This document shows, one piece after another, positions 47,377-60,460 of a stretch of DNA of 64,000 nt. Numbering within the stretch: the stretch's first letter is position 1; each line of letters begins with the position of its first letter. The stretch lies in assembly GCF_009914755.1 (NCBI RefSeq), contig NC_060927.1. One strand, given 5' to 3'. Origin of the DNA: the human T2T-CHM13v2.0 reference genome, Homo sapiens. Under the pieces are notes generated by a model. The model searched no databases. It was given only the letters and a program-made list of their open reading frames with translations, and had not been told where the DNA came from. Both the position numbers and the translations under genes were made by a program.

Positions 47377-47827
47377 TCACCTATGCAATGTTTGACCTGC
47401 AAGTGCTTGTATCTTTTGTAATTGTTTAAATCCCTCAAAATTTTAAATGAGTATTGAATATATTTTGTGTTTTTCCAAATATAAGATTCTATAAAGAAGA
47501 GAATGATGTAAGTGACCCGGGGGCAATGGGGGGAGCTTAAATTTGAAACTAGAAAAAATTTTGAACAAAATAATCATAATTGTTAGCTGATGAAAAACTA
47601 GAAAATATTTTCTGAGTAAATTCTTGATTTCAGAAATTAACTATAATTTATATTGCTCTTAATATCTTACCCTTGAATATAAATGATTAATGCCCTTTAA
47701 AATGTCCTTTTTTCTAGCTAACCTGATGTACATATGACATTAATCCAATAGACTTAGGAATAAGATACAGGGGGTTTTCCTGAATGATTCGAGTATATCC
47801 CCATTCATATTAAGAAAACAAAGTATT

Positions 47828-48120
<293 letters not shown>

Positions 48121-50349
48121 CTAAATGATCTCATAATTTCATGAAAACATAATTTAGATACATAGGTGTACAATATTTACATTTGCATTATTTAGTAAGA
48201 TGGGCTTTTTCCCCTGCTGGAGGCTGCGGAATGAGATTAATGGGAACACTGGTGACAGAGTGCAGGGGAAAACACACACTGCCAACTCTTGCCTTGGAGT
48301 GGCATTTCTCAGTCTTAACCTCGCAGTATATTCCAAACCCATAAAAGGTCATTTGCCTTCTCTCGCAAGCCTTTAATTCACTTGAGAGATGGGCTTAGAC
48401 AAAGATAAAGCCCCTGTGAATTGGTAGCCTCGCTTTAGGAAAAGACTTACACAGTAACTAAGGTATTGGATAAACAGACTCTAACAATTTACTTACAGAT
48501 CTCATAACTATGATTATTGTATTGATCATTTATTCATACACATAATAGCTGCCTTGAATTTCCTTTCAACAGAAAAAGGATCAGTTTCAATATAATTAAA
48601 AGTTGGAAATTATTTCCTTAAATTTGGGTATATCAGATTATTAGCTTGTTTTGTTTTTGTAAATCCATGTTTATAGGTAGAAATGGTCATGTCTTTGTGT
48701 AATTTATAGAAAAAAGGTATTTTAGCAGAATAGCATTTTTAATATACCGTGTATTAAATATTATCCATTAAATCCTTCAAAATGAAAATTTTGACAAATG
48801 ATAGTTAAAGAAGTAAACAACACACCCTGAAAAGGCACAGTAATATGTAAATAATTTTTATCTTATAACATCCATTCTATAAGAGAGCATAATTAATTTT
48901 ATTGATTTACAGTACAGTCAACATTCTTGTAATGTAAAATTTAGCAGGTAGCTTAGACATTAAATTTTAAACTCAGAATCATCATCAATCTTTTATTTAG
49001 ATCTGATAAGCTTCTGGGGTTGCTCCACAGTGGAATCTTAATATGGTTCTCTCACATAGAATAATTCACCTTCGGAATATTATGTCCTCTTTTCCAAATA
49101 TGTAAACAAATGTATTACTTATTGTAGTGGAAATAACATACAATTACATTTTTTTCCACTTTTCATTGCAGTAAGGATTATGTTACTTTGACTAACAGCT
49201 TATACTTTTTTCTCAGCTTTATTAACTCCAGTCAAGTCCTTAATTTTCATGAATAGAACTGAAAATGCTGTTCTTTTAATCTTCTGAGTTGAATTCTGGG
49301 TCATGCAAAGATTAAGTGAAGTGACTCCAAACCTAAAATCCTATAATTACGGAATGTCTGTTTAGATTGGTGCTTGGTCTTCTTTTTCCCTCTTCTAGAT
49401 TGGGAAGAGAGCTTTCTGAACTGCAAATTAGGAAGGCCTTGGCTTGTTTGTCTGTGGTAAAGCAAACAGATTTGAAGAGGACATCTATTTAGCTACCATT
49501 TGTTTTGTTTAATCTGAGATTAGGCCTAGGTTTGCAAAAGAAATCTACTAAATTTAGAGTAAACAGAATTCTTTAAGGCAGCATTGCTTGATGGTATTTT
49601 CTTCTTATAGCCTCTTCTGAGTGGTTTGTGATTAAGGGATAAAAAAGTGACTATTTTAAGCTCTGAAAAATGTGAGTACACAGTTTTGGAGGAAATAGAA
49701 GGTAAATTGATCAAATAATTTACTAGGGAACCTCAAAATGGTAGCATATGATCTTTAAATGATTTTTTTTTAAACTTGTAATAATTCCTTTGAAGATCTA
49801 CTGGCTGTTTTTAACCACTGACCATCACCTAAGGGAAGACCATGTGACTCGTTACTATAATGGCCTGCATAAAAAACAAAAACAAAACAAAAAAACCCTC
49901 AGGGAAGAGAAGACTTACAACTATGACCTCATTTCTAATTGGACTGTGGTGAAAAAGAAACTAGTCATAGCTGAAACTAGGGGCCAGGAGGGCTGCTTGC
50001 CTCTCCTGGGCAACCTGTAGTTGGCGAAACTTTAACTCTACGTATAAAGAGACCATTTTTTACAGCGAGTTTGGGGTAAATTGTGTAAAGTCTCAAAGGG
50101 ACCTAATACAGGACATTTCCTACATTCCGAATTTGACACTTTAAGGAAGACTGCGATAGGTAATGTGACCTTCCACCTTAGAGATAGTATCATTCATTAA
50201 TGAAGGGTATTTAGTTTTGTTTTTATAACTCCAATAAATTTAAGAAATGTCTTGGTGGTCCTTGAAAGTGGAAAAACATATTTATATGCCATATTTTTCT
50301 TCCTGCTGCTCTGTCTTCTTGGAGAGCCTGCCTGGAGCAACCAGGTAAG

Positions 50350-50610
50350 TTGAAAGGAGTAAGGACTTGGGGCCAGGCAGCCAGACAGACGTGCGTTCAC
50401 ATTTCAGCATTCACATTCATGAATTCAGTAGTTCAGTAGTTCACTAGTTCAGTCAGAGACTGGATGAGTGTGAGCGTGAAACTTATGCTCCCTGTTTCCC
50501 CAGATGTTAAGTGAAATCAATAATAATTACATTGAGGAGATGTGAAAATAATGAAGTAACATATGCAGAGTGCCTAGTTCATAGTAGATGCTTGAAAATG
50601 ATGCTGTCCT
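50350..50610 (+). mobile_element. MIR
   Basis: GAAAATAATGAAGTAACATATGCAGAGTGCCTAGTTCATAGTAGATGCT MIR 3' motif. Confidence 0.55.
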
Positions 50611-51821
50611 TCCTCTTTCCCTTCTGTCTGCCATCCTTCAGATGGACTCAACGACTCTCTTACCGTCCAGCTCTCAAGTCCCTTCTCTTGTGAAAATGGA
50701 AAAGTTGAACTACAGTTGAGATATTATTCCCAGGTGTTCTTTGGAACACAGGGGATTTCTCCAAAAGGCACAGAACAAATTGCCTCCAAACAGCCAAGAT
50801 TCCAGCAGAAGCTGGAGTAGCAGACTACTTGGATCTTCAAAGTACCTGGCCCTGAGTCAGTTAAGGAAGATCTTTTCTTCTCTTTTGTACAATCCTATGA
50901 TGAGAGCTGCAAAGTGAACTGACTAAGAGCTTCTGCCTTGATCATTGACCTCCCAATCCTAATAATATGTTCACTGGCCAAACTTCCTAATCGATTTGTC
51001 TTTTGGATATAACGTTCCTCCTACTGTTTGCCTGATTGAGAAATCTGCTACAGAACATGACCGGTTAGCATTCCCACCAACCCCAGTGCTACACTGACTG
51101 TCTTTCGATGGACTTTGCTCCTTGCTGCCTCTCTGAGGTCCCAGACCTTCAGAGTGACCTTCACAGCTCTGCCTAACTTTCTGTCATACTTCTATCAAGA
51201 GAGACAGCTAAATCAATATTTTTAATGTGCTTTGCTGTCGGAATTCGATGATCTGTCACAGTTCTTGCCCAATACACCCCATCATTATTGTTAAAATGTT
51301 TTTAGCTTTGTTTGTAGAATTGCTTTAACTGGTTTCATCTCTGGGAGCTACACTTTGAAATATAACTTTAGCAACATTTTACTATACTTTTTCACAACCC
51401 AGAGCAGTACTATTTTATGCTTAGTGGTTAAACTAATTCCATAAATCTTTTGCAACTATCCTCTATTCTTTTTCTTGTAATTTTTACCTGGGAAGGTTTT
51501 TACTGATAATCATCCTATCCTGAGTCATCCCACAAACCAATCTGTCTCACTAATCATTGCTTCTAACCTACAGACTAAGCATAACTTCTGCTAAATGATC
51601 TTTGATAAGATGCTATGACTCTATAAAGTCTTTGATATTCATGTCTAAATTTAATCACTTGTAGATTTTCATAGAATCAATCTTTCACTTCTACAATTGG
51701 GAGTATTTATAAGTTGTTTATCTTAAACAGTTCCTCTATCACGCTTTTCACGTTAAATAAAGCAATCCCTTCAAATCAATTTTCTGTCATGTCTAAGATG
51801 TTATTATTTCATGGTATGGGT

Positions 51822-52153
51822 CAGGGGTCTACAGACTTTTTCTGTTAAGACCTAGATAGTAAATATTTTAAGCATTTCAGACCATACAATCTCTGTTGCA
51901 ACTACTCAGTTCTGCCATTGTAGCACTAAAGCAGCTATAGACAATACATAAATGAGTGAGCATGGCTGTGAGCCAATACAACTTTATTTATGAATGCTGA
52001 AATTTGAATGTCAAGTAATTTCATGTGTCATAAAGTATTACTCTTCTTTTTTTTTAACCATTTAAAAATGTAAAAACTATTCTTAGTGTGTGGGCTGTAC
52101 AAAAGCCGGCAGAGAGCCAGATTTGCCTGGGAGTTATAGTTTTCTGACTACAG
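51822..52153 (+). mobile_element. MER58B (hAT-Charlie)
   Basis: CAGGGGTC..TCTCTGTTGCAACTACTCAGTTCTGCCATTGTAGC..AACCATTTAAAAATGTAAAAACTATTCTTAG. Confidence 0.85.
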
Positions 52154-52166
52154 TATACTTTATGGC

Positions 52167-52523
52167 CAGGAGCAGATTCAGGTTTTGTGGGGACTGAGCT
52201 CTTTACAATTAGGGGGCCCTCTTTAAGAAAAGGAATGCAAGACCAGGCATGGTGGCTCACGCCTGTAATCCCAGCACTTTGGGAGGCCAAGGTGGGTGGA
52301 TCACAAGGTCAGGAGATCGAGACCATCCTGGCAAAACAGGGTGAAACCCCATCTCTACTAAAAATACAAAAAAATTAGCTGGGCATGGTGGCGGGCACCT
52401 GTAGTCCCAGCTCCTCAGGAGGCTGAGGCAGGAGAATGGCATGAATCTGGGAGGCTGAGCTTGCAGTGAGCCGAGATAGTGCCACTGCACTCCAGTCTGG
52501 GTGACAGAGCGAGACTCTGTCTC

Positions 52524-52554
<31 letters not shown>

Positions 52555-52665
52555 GGAATACAAAATTACAAATATAAAATTAGATACGGTGCTTTGGAAG
52601 AGACCCATGCAAATGAAAGGCCCTGAAAATTGAGCCTCTTTGGCATCCTGGTGAATCTACTTCTA
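52167..52665 (+). mobile_element. MER53-like hAT relic interrupted by Alu
   Basis: CAGATTCAGGTTTTGTGGGGACTGA..GGGGGCCCTCTTTAAGAAAAGGAAT [Alu] ACAAAATTACAAATATAAAATTAG. Confidence 0.7.
52241..52553 (+). mobile_element. Alu (AluY/Sc-like)
   Basis: GGAGATCGAGACCATCCTGG diagnostic, TSD AAGAAAAGGAATRCAA. Confidence 0.92.
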
Positions 52666-52689
52666 GTAACACTTGGACAATCTTGCTGC

Positions 52690-52851
52690 AAGGGTTCCCT
52701 GAACTGGCTGATCTTTGGAGTCACCTAACTACAGGTTCCAAAGCCCCAACAGGTTGCCTGAATTAGAATCTCTGAGGATAGAGCCTGGCAATCAGCCGTC
52801 TTGTAAAGCTCCCTAGGTAATTGTACTGTGAACCCAGGCTTGGCAACCACT
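52690..52851. mobile_element. MER5-like hAT relic
   Basis: CTGAATTAGAATCTCTGAGG..AAAGCTCCCTAGGTAATT..GGCAACCACT. Confidence 0.6.
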
Positions 52852-53914
52852 ATTTTAGTAACCATTTTATAACATCAAACAAATTCATTTGAACTGGTAT
52901 CACAAACACACTCATTGCCTTAGTTGTGTTGCTTACCCAGAAATAGGTTTTAACTATTGTTATTGACCCATAGCCTGAATGTTTACTTATCAAGAATACC
53001 CTATTGTTCAATGACCTCAACAGAGAATATATAGATAACTTATGCTAGGCCATCTATCCCCTTTCTTTTTAATAAGAGTCAACACATATATAATAAGTTG
53101 GGTCTTCACCATTTGGGCTCATTTTAATATTTTTATGTATTAAATTTTATTTTAAAAACTATTGGTAATTTTTAAAAATCTTAAATCTTTGAGTTGGCAT
53201 ACAATTCAGACAATCTATAAAGTAAATAAATGGCTGTTGAAGAACATCTGACACTCATGATACCACAGTTGGGAGAGTCAAGTTTATAAACCTAGACATA
53301 AAGGTAGCAGTTGAGTCACTTGTTATTGCCTGATTAATCATCAAATGTATAGAAGACTCTTTTCATATCCCCTTATTATGCAACCTTTGTACTGTTCAAA
53401 TTTAATATTATTCCCACAATGCTGAGATATCTTCTTGGTCAAAATTGAGTAGTTCTGTCTATAGAGTAGGTAGCATCTATTTTTGGCAAGATAAATGTGA
53501 AACAATGTTACTTTTAGTAAACAAATGCCTTGTCATTGCCAGCAATAAAGCTCTAGTGTCAACCAAAAGTTTCATTTTAAGGGTTGAGGAAAACCTATCC
53601 CAACTTTTTCAAATTACCTTTTTTAATAAGGACTTGAGAATTTCATATCCCAGAAAACATGCAAATATCAATTCTTCTAATTTTGTTCACTTATCGGAAG
53701 GCAAAACTACTTACTTTCCTGACTCAGAAGCACAAACAGAAAGTAAAGAATACTTCCTGATACATTGATTTTAACTGTTACTGGGGCAGTATTGACATAA
53801 ATAGAAAATGAAGCTGCTTTTTTCATTGTTTGGAGGTTTCGTTTTTAGAAACTAGGGCAATATTATATCAAACTTGTTTCCTCCAACAAGGACTCCCACG
53901 TCTAGTAATGTATT

Positions 53915-54365
53915 CGTTTGTTCATTCATTAATTCATGCAAATATTAAATAAGTGCCTATAATGTGCCACATACTGTGCTGGGTGCTGAGGATCTCACTC
54001 TGCAGCCTGAGAACTTAGGTTCTAACAAGGAAAGGGAAACAATAAGCAACGGAATTTCACGTGGTGATATATGGTGTGTAGAAAGTAAAACAGGGTGAAG
54101 CCAGGTGAATGTACATGTATGTGGGCATGAAGGGGACAGAGGCAACTGCAGCTGTTTTTTTCTTCTTTCTGTTTTAGAGATAGGGGTCTCACTATATCCC
54201 CAGCCTGGTTCAAATTCTTGGGCTCAAGGCCTCTAGTAGCTGGGACTACAGGAAGGAGCCACAGCTCCTGGAGAAGGGGAAGGGGAACCTACTTTAGATA
54301 AGTGGTCAAAGGTGGTGGTGACATTTGAGTTGAGATCCAAACGGTGGAAAGGAGCTGGGCATTCA
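53915..54365 (-). mobile_element. L2 fragment with a small Alu piece (~54155-54250)
   Basis: TTCATTCATTAATTCATGCAAATATT..GTGCCTATAATGTGCCACATACTGTGCTGGGTGCTG. Confidence 0.7.
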
Positions 54366-54367
54366 TA

Positions 54368-55136
54368 TGAAATGGGAGAGTTCTCTGATCCACCTGCAGG
54401 ATGTGCAGCAGGGTTGTGGCTCGCCTGTTTGGTTACTGTCACTGCTCAAACCCCTGACAGGAATGGCAGCATGCAGACGGGCAGGTGCAGGAGCCAGGGC
54501 AAGTGCTTTGGGCTCTGGCCCTGTGGTAGTGTCTAGGGGTGGGTGCCTGTGCTCCCGGTGTTACAATGCTCTTTCAGCCTTGCTGTCCATGGACAGCTTA
54601 AGTGTTAACCAGCTCAATGGATGCTCTACTTTTTTGCAAGGGCAAAGGGCCAGGGTGACAGCTTTCTATATCCTGAGCGCTTGCCTAGCATCCCAGAAGA
54701 ATCTGGTCACACACAGGCTTGAAGGATGAATGTAGGGTTTTATTGAGTAGTGGAGGTGGCTCTCAGTAGGATGGATGGGGAGGTGGAAGGGGGATGGAGT
54801 GGGAAGATGATCGTCCCCTGGAGTTTGGCCATTCAGCAGTGGAACTCCTCTCTGACCACTCCCAGCTGAACTCTTGGCATTCAGATGTTCCTCCTCTTCT
54901 TTTTCTCTGCTATGCCATTTGTCTGCTTGTCTCCCCGTCTCCTTGTTGGCTCATCTGCTTCTGGAGCCCGGGGTTTGGGGTTTCTATGGGTACAGGACTG
55001 GGGAGCATCGTGGGCCAAAAGGTAACAGAAATGCCTGTTCCTACTTAGGGCTGAGAGTCTCCAGGCTTAAGGGTAGGGCCTTTGCTGGGGAACCATTCTC
55101 TTCTACCCCGTATTTCCCTGTCTCTTGTCCGTATCA
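54368..55136 (-). mobile_element. LTR27-like ERV1 solo LTR
   Basis: Reverse complement starts TGATACGGACAAGAGACAGGGAAATAC and ends GAACTCTCCCATTTCA. TSD CATA/CAGA. Confidence 0.75.
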
Positions 55137-55271
55137 CAGAGATCTTAGGGAAGAGATATCTAGAGCTGTGCTGTCTAGCACAGGGGAGACTGAAGCTCTT
55201 GAAATGTGGCTAATGTCACATGTTGAAGTGATATTTTGGATATAGTTGCTTAAAGAAAACATTACTAAAAT

Positions 55272-55327
55272 CAATTAAACACCTAACAATTGGCAGTATC
55301 TTTGCTGGATTCCTCATTACCAACATT
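55272..55327 (+). pseudogene. MT-ND5: NUMT, mitochondrial ND5 fragment
   Basis: ATT AAA CAC CTA ACA ATT GGC AGT ATC TTT GCT GGA TTC CTC ATT ACC AAC = IKHLTIGSIFAGFLITN, matching the ND5 motif PIKRLxxGSxFAGFLITNN. Confidence 0.85.
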
Positions 55328-55421
55328 TCTAGCACTCAATCTAAGTATAAGCACTACAACCCTGTCACTATCTCATGCTTGAAACAAATTAACATGGTTA
55401 ACACCTATAATTCCACTAATT
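55323..55421 (+). pseudogene. MT-ND2: NUMT, mitochondrial ND2 fragment
   Basis: In vertebrate mitochondrial code reads [33 protein letters not shown] (TGA=W), matching human ND2 [31 protein letters not shown]. Confidence 0.9.
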
Positions 55422-55593
55422 CAATTCATCCAATTGTTTGTACAGTTTTACACTTTTTTGTGGCTTTAGAAAATTAAAGAAATACATACATGGTTTACAT
55501 TATATTTCTGTTGGACATCACTGGTCTAAAGAGAAAATCTTAATCCAGTTCTTGCACACAGGTCCCTTGGATCCTCATGGATTGGGTGTGTTA

Positions 55594-55735
<142 letters not shown>

Positions 55736-55838
55736 AGAGTTTGAGCTAATAAAAACACTAGCTACAATGTACTGAACAGTTATGGTGCGCCAGGTGCGGG
55801 GCAAAATTGCTTTACATCCATTCATTGTATCCTCATGC

Positions 55839-56399
55839 TGTGAATGGAAAGGGGTCCAGATCCAGACCCCAAGAGAGGGTTCTTGAATCTCATACAAGAA
55901 AGAATTCAGGGCAAGTCCATACAGTAAAGTGAAAGCAAGTTTATTAAGAAAGTAGAAGAATAAAAGAATGGCTACTCCATAGGCAGAGCAGCCCTAAGGG
56001 CTGCTGGTTGCCCATTTTTATGGTTATTTATTGATTGTATGCTAAACGTGGGGGGGGGGGCGTTATTCATGCCTCCCTTTTTTAGACCACATAGGGTAAC
56101 TTCCTGACGTTGCCATGGCATTTGTAAACTGTCATGGCACTGGTGGAAGTGTAGCAGTGAGGACGACCAGAGGTCACTCCCTTTGCCACCTTGGTTTTGG
56201 TGGGTTTTAGCTGGCTTGTTTACTACAACCCGTTTTATCAGCAAATTCTTTATGACCTGTATCCTGTGCCGACCTCCTGTCTCATCCTGTGACTTAGAAT
56301 GGCTAACCTCCCGGGAATGCAGCCTGGTAGGTCTCAGCCTTATTTCGCCCAGCCTCCTCTATTCAAGATGGAGTTGCTCTGGTTCAAACGCTTCTGACA
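55839..56399 (-). mobile_element. MER41A ERV1 solo LTR inserted in a MIR
   Basis: Reverse complement starts TGTCAGAAGCGTTTGAACCAGAGCAACTCCATCTTGAATAG. TSD ATGC/ATAC. MIR halves at ~55770-55838 and ~56400-56530. Confidence 0.88.
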
Positions 56400-56503
56400 A
56401 TACCACTATGAAGTAAGAAATACTTCCCGCTCTATTTTACAGATGAGGAAATGGAAGATGAGAGGCAGAGTAGGTTGCCTAAGGTGATAAGAGGATGAAA
56501 TAA

Positions 56504-56945
56504 CGGCGCGAGAAGTCGAACCCACTCCAGATCCGCCCATGCAAGACACAAGAAGCCACAGGAGGAGGAAGGGGCAGGCGGGAACTTAGAGCACCTTGGC
56601 GTGCCCAGCCCGGCGCCTACTCCCTCTCCTCTGCGCCGCTGGAGGCCTCGAGTTCGTGTCCTCTCGGCGCCTGCCTGGCTCCCCTTCCGAGGCCGCAGCG
56701 CCCTGCCATGCTGGCCTCCCCGCGCTCTCCCTGAGACCCAAGCCGACTCCCAGGCCGACCCCGCCGCCTGCGCCCAGCTGTGTCGGATCTACCTGCCCGC
56801 GACCGAGGAGCTCAGGGACTGCCCCAGGAGATGCTGCCTCGCCCGACAGGCGCCCCGGCCCCTGCCACGCCTCCCGCGCCTGGAAAGCACGACATCCCGC
56901 AGGCAGCATATCTGAGCCTGCATCGGCCTGCGGGAGTCCAGCCCG
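56504..56945. promoter_or_regulatory. Small CpG island (putative promoter/enhancer)
   Basis: About 41 CpGs in ~440 bp by hand count in GC-rich non-repeat sequence. E2F-like GGCGGGAA at 56577-56584. Confidence 0.75.
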
Positions 56946-57081
56946 AGCCATTTTCCTGCCTGTCCCCACTCCTGACAGCCTGTGCCCAGTTCCCCTCAGC
57001 TCTCCCATGGTTCTCCAACGGTCCTTTCTGGGAACCCTTACAGCTTGGAGATCGTCTCACGGTGACCAGGGTGTTTCTGAG

Positions 57082-57082
<1 letters not shown>

Positions 57083-57116
<34 letters not shown>
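57083..57116 (+). repeat. (TG)17 microsatellite
   Basis: Pure TG run, read directly. Confidence 0.97.
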
Positions 57117-57117
<1 letters not shown>

Positions 57118-57761
57118 CCACTGGAATGTCAGAATCCCCCATCCCTACCTTGGAAGTCCCGCTTTTTCCTCCCTACTGTTAAGGAACTTCAGACTGCCCC
57201 TCCACAAGGTTGCCTGCCTGGGCAGTCATCCAACTCCATGTCCACCGCAAGGACAGTGGGGACAGTGCACCAAGACACAAGGACCAGGCTGGACCCTAAG
57301 ATGCTCCGAACACCTGGGCAGCTGTTCCAGACACACCGTCCCATTTTTCAGGATGGCACCTGTTTCCTGTTAGAGATTTCTTAAGGGAGATTGTGAATAA
57401 TCACCAGTGATTTTAGTGGCAGCCAAGTGACACTGAAGCTTGGCAGATGTCTGTCAAAACCAGCTACGGGACTGGACAGCGAGGACCAGGAGAAAAATGT
57501 TTGTTTTTTTTAAAAGATACTCTGGTATTCGTATGACAAGACCCATTTTGTTATGCCCAAGAACAAGGGGAGAACCTCATCTTCGCCATACTTGAGTCTG
57601 ACTCAGTGTGGCTGTGACTCATCCTTCTAGGACAGTTCCCCTGCCACAATAGCGCAAATGATGGCCTGGGGACTAAAATGACTTTGTCAAACAGTTGAAT
57701 GGAGAGAAAGTGGTAGAGTTGCCACCTAATGCCAAGAACCCCCCCACCCCCGAGCTTTTCC

Positions 57762-58061
<300 letters not shown>

Positions 58062-58879
58062 AGCTTTTCCTTTTAAGCTGTTCTCTTTAAGTTCATTGTA
58101 GCCAGGTTTCATGGCGAGGCACCATGATTTATACCACTGGCCCTGGATCCCCTCACGTGTTTATGTGACAAACTGGCACCTGTATATTAACAAGCTTTAC
58201 ATTTGGCAAGACATAGGTAACACCAGAAATCAAAGTGAGGGGCTTCTGGCAGGATTTCACATCTGCTAGCTTTTATATTTGATGCTTTCTCTAGGAGCTT
58301 GGCAAAAAGAAAACACCAACATCAAAAGTAAAAAAATCAAATCAAAACAAAAAAATCAAACCAAAATAAAGATAACAACAGGCGAGAACTGGGACACGAT
58401 CTTCTTATAGTTGGCTTATTACCTGTATCTGTAGAATTATTTATTTCCTTAAACCTGTTTCCTTTTGTACTTTATGACATTTCTGTGTAACTAAAGTAAG
58501 AATCTGAGAGAACTCTAAACTGATATTTATAGATCCTACCCTCAAAACAGATAGACAGTGAGGTAGGGATGAACTAATGCAGTCAATCACTGAATTAATA
58601 AGAGCTGGAGTAAAAACTAGGCCATTAGCTTCACTCAGGTCATCCTGAAGTAGTAAAGTAGCTCTTAGAGAATTACATTTTGTACTAATAAATGTTCACT
58701 TCTGCCCACCTTTCAGTTTTCCACATATATTTTTACAACTGCAAAGTATCAAGATAGAGAGAATGGACATTATGGGAGCAGGCAGGATGTGAAACCTCTT
58801 ATTAATCCTATGGCTTAAAATTTATTTATAAATTGCAAAGTTAATCAGTTTCCTTAAATCTTCCATCTTCCATTTCTTT

Positions 58880-59765
58880 TAGGAATTTTTTCAGCTCTTA
58901 AGAAAAAAGTTTTTGGAGGTCAGAAACTGATAGTGGACTTCTGAGAAAGGGAAGAGAGAAAGTAATTCAAAAGTCTTGTCTCTATGTGGAATATCATTTC
59001 CTTTCAAGCTGCAGAGTTTGAGTGGGTGTTTATTTGATCCTTCTGTTCCCCTCTCCCTTTCTTCTTTTTGTATTCCCATTAAGTGTAGGTTACACCTTTT
59101 GTAATTGCCCCACGGTTCTTGAATATTCTCTTCTGATTTTTTTCTAGTCTTTTTTTCTTTGTTTTTCAGTTTTAGAAGTTTCTAGTGACATAGCCTCAAG
59201 CTGATTCTTTACTCAGCAGGGTCTAGCCTAGTAATGAGCCCATCAAAGCATTCTTCATGTCACAATGTTCTTGATTTCTAGCATTTATGCTTGATTTTTT
59301 TCTCAGAACTTTCATCTCTTTGTACGTTATCTGTTGGTTCTTGCATATTGTTTATTTTTCCATTAGAACCTTTAGCATAATTATTTTAAATTCCCAACCT
59401 GATAATTCCAACATCCCTGTCATATCTGAGCCTGTTCTCATGCTTGCTCTGTTTCTTCAAACTGTGTTTTTTGTCTTTTGGTAAGCCTTGTAATTTTTTG
59501 TTGGAAACTAGTCATGATGTACAGGGAACAAAAGAACTTGGTACTGGTTCTTGCAGAAATTTCTTCTTGTGGGTTCCTGCTCTGTTAAATTGTGATTCTC
59601 TGTGTCTACCTGTTATGTCTCTCCAATTTTGGGGGGCAGCAGTTTGCTCTGTGACTTCATGTCTCTGATGGACCCAAGAAGAGTTGTTGATTTTTCAGTT
59701 CAGCTTTTTACTTGTTAAGATGGAGTGACAACTTCTAAGCTCCTTACATCCCATACTGGAAACTC
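58880..59765 (-). mobile_element. Old L1 5'/ORF1-region fragment, same family as the 26.7-35.1 kb L1
   Basis: Shares CCAATTTTGGGGG..AAGAAGAGTTGTTGATTTTTCAG..TTCAGCTTTTTACT with 34740-35070. Confidence 0.8.
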
Positions 59766-60309
59766 TTAAGTCCTCAGTCAATATTCTTTCATTACAGGAA
59801 ATGGGAACCTTCTGATGAGCTTAAGGTGGGAAAAAGGAACAAAAAATAAAGAAATAATGTATTGAAAGGCTATGGGGTAACTCAGAGAATTATATGAAGA
59901 CCTGTGCAGGCAAGTCATGGAGAATAAAGAATTGAGAGAAACTCTGGGCTTGCAGGGCTACCTTGGATTGCAGTCCCACCAAGCTTCAGTAGGAAGGATT
60001 ATTCCTCAAAGGAAATTCAGGGCACTGCTAGCAGAAGCAGAGGGATGCATTACAGGGATAAATACCTTTGTCCAGGGAAAGAGGAAACCAAGCAGTGCTG
60101 AGATCCTGACTCACTCTGGCCATTCCCCACTGGAATGGAGGACCACAGTTAATATTTTAGATCAAAGACTTACAGGATTCTCACCCAGTGTTAGAATTCT
60201 GAATACTCTTTAGTGAATTTTTGGTTATTAGGGGTTGAATTTATATATGAACATTATATAGATGACATTGATACATGAGAATAGCACTTATTGTTCATAG
60301 GATTTATTT

Positions 60310-60460
60310 TATTTTAGTTATTTTTATTTTTTAATTTTCTATAAAGATGGGGTCTTGCTATGTTGCCCAGGCTGGTGTCAAACTCCTAGCCTCAAGTGAC
60401 CCGCCTGCTTGGCCTCCCAAAGTGCTGGGATTACAGGCATGAACCACTGAACCAAGCCTG
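60310..60460 (-). mobile_element. FLAM_C / Alu left monomer
   Basis: Single arm, TSD GGATTTATTT. Confidence 0.88.

Larger units (their letters stand above)
55160..55525. mobile_element. MER33 (hAT-Charlie) interrupted by a NUMT
   Basis: GCTGTGCTGTC..GAAATGTGGCTA..CATGTTGAAGTGATATTTTGGATATA [insert] TGTGGCT..ACATTATATTTCTGTTGGACA. Confidence 0.75.

Noticed and set aside
50424-50452. Short tandem TTCAGTAG x3-4
   Set aside because: Ordinary slippage expansion inside a decayed MIR, too short to be meaningful.
55839-56399. MER41 as an interferon-gamma (STAT1) inducible enhancer
   Set aside because: This copy looks like MER41A and lacks the MER41B segment with tandem GAS sites. The only near-match (TCCCGGGAA, ~56309) is imperfect.
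56586-57373. Several long overlapping ORFs (104-197 aa) over the CpG island
   Set aside because: Expected from stop-codon scarcity in GC-rich DNA. They are Pro/Ala/Arg-rich, show no recognisable domain, and some run through a TG microsatellite.
58880-59765. Similarity to 33100-35075 suggesting a local segmental duplication
   Set aside because: The copies are heavily diverged and both are the 5' region of the same old L1 family, so independent insertions explain it.
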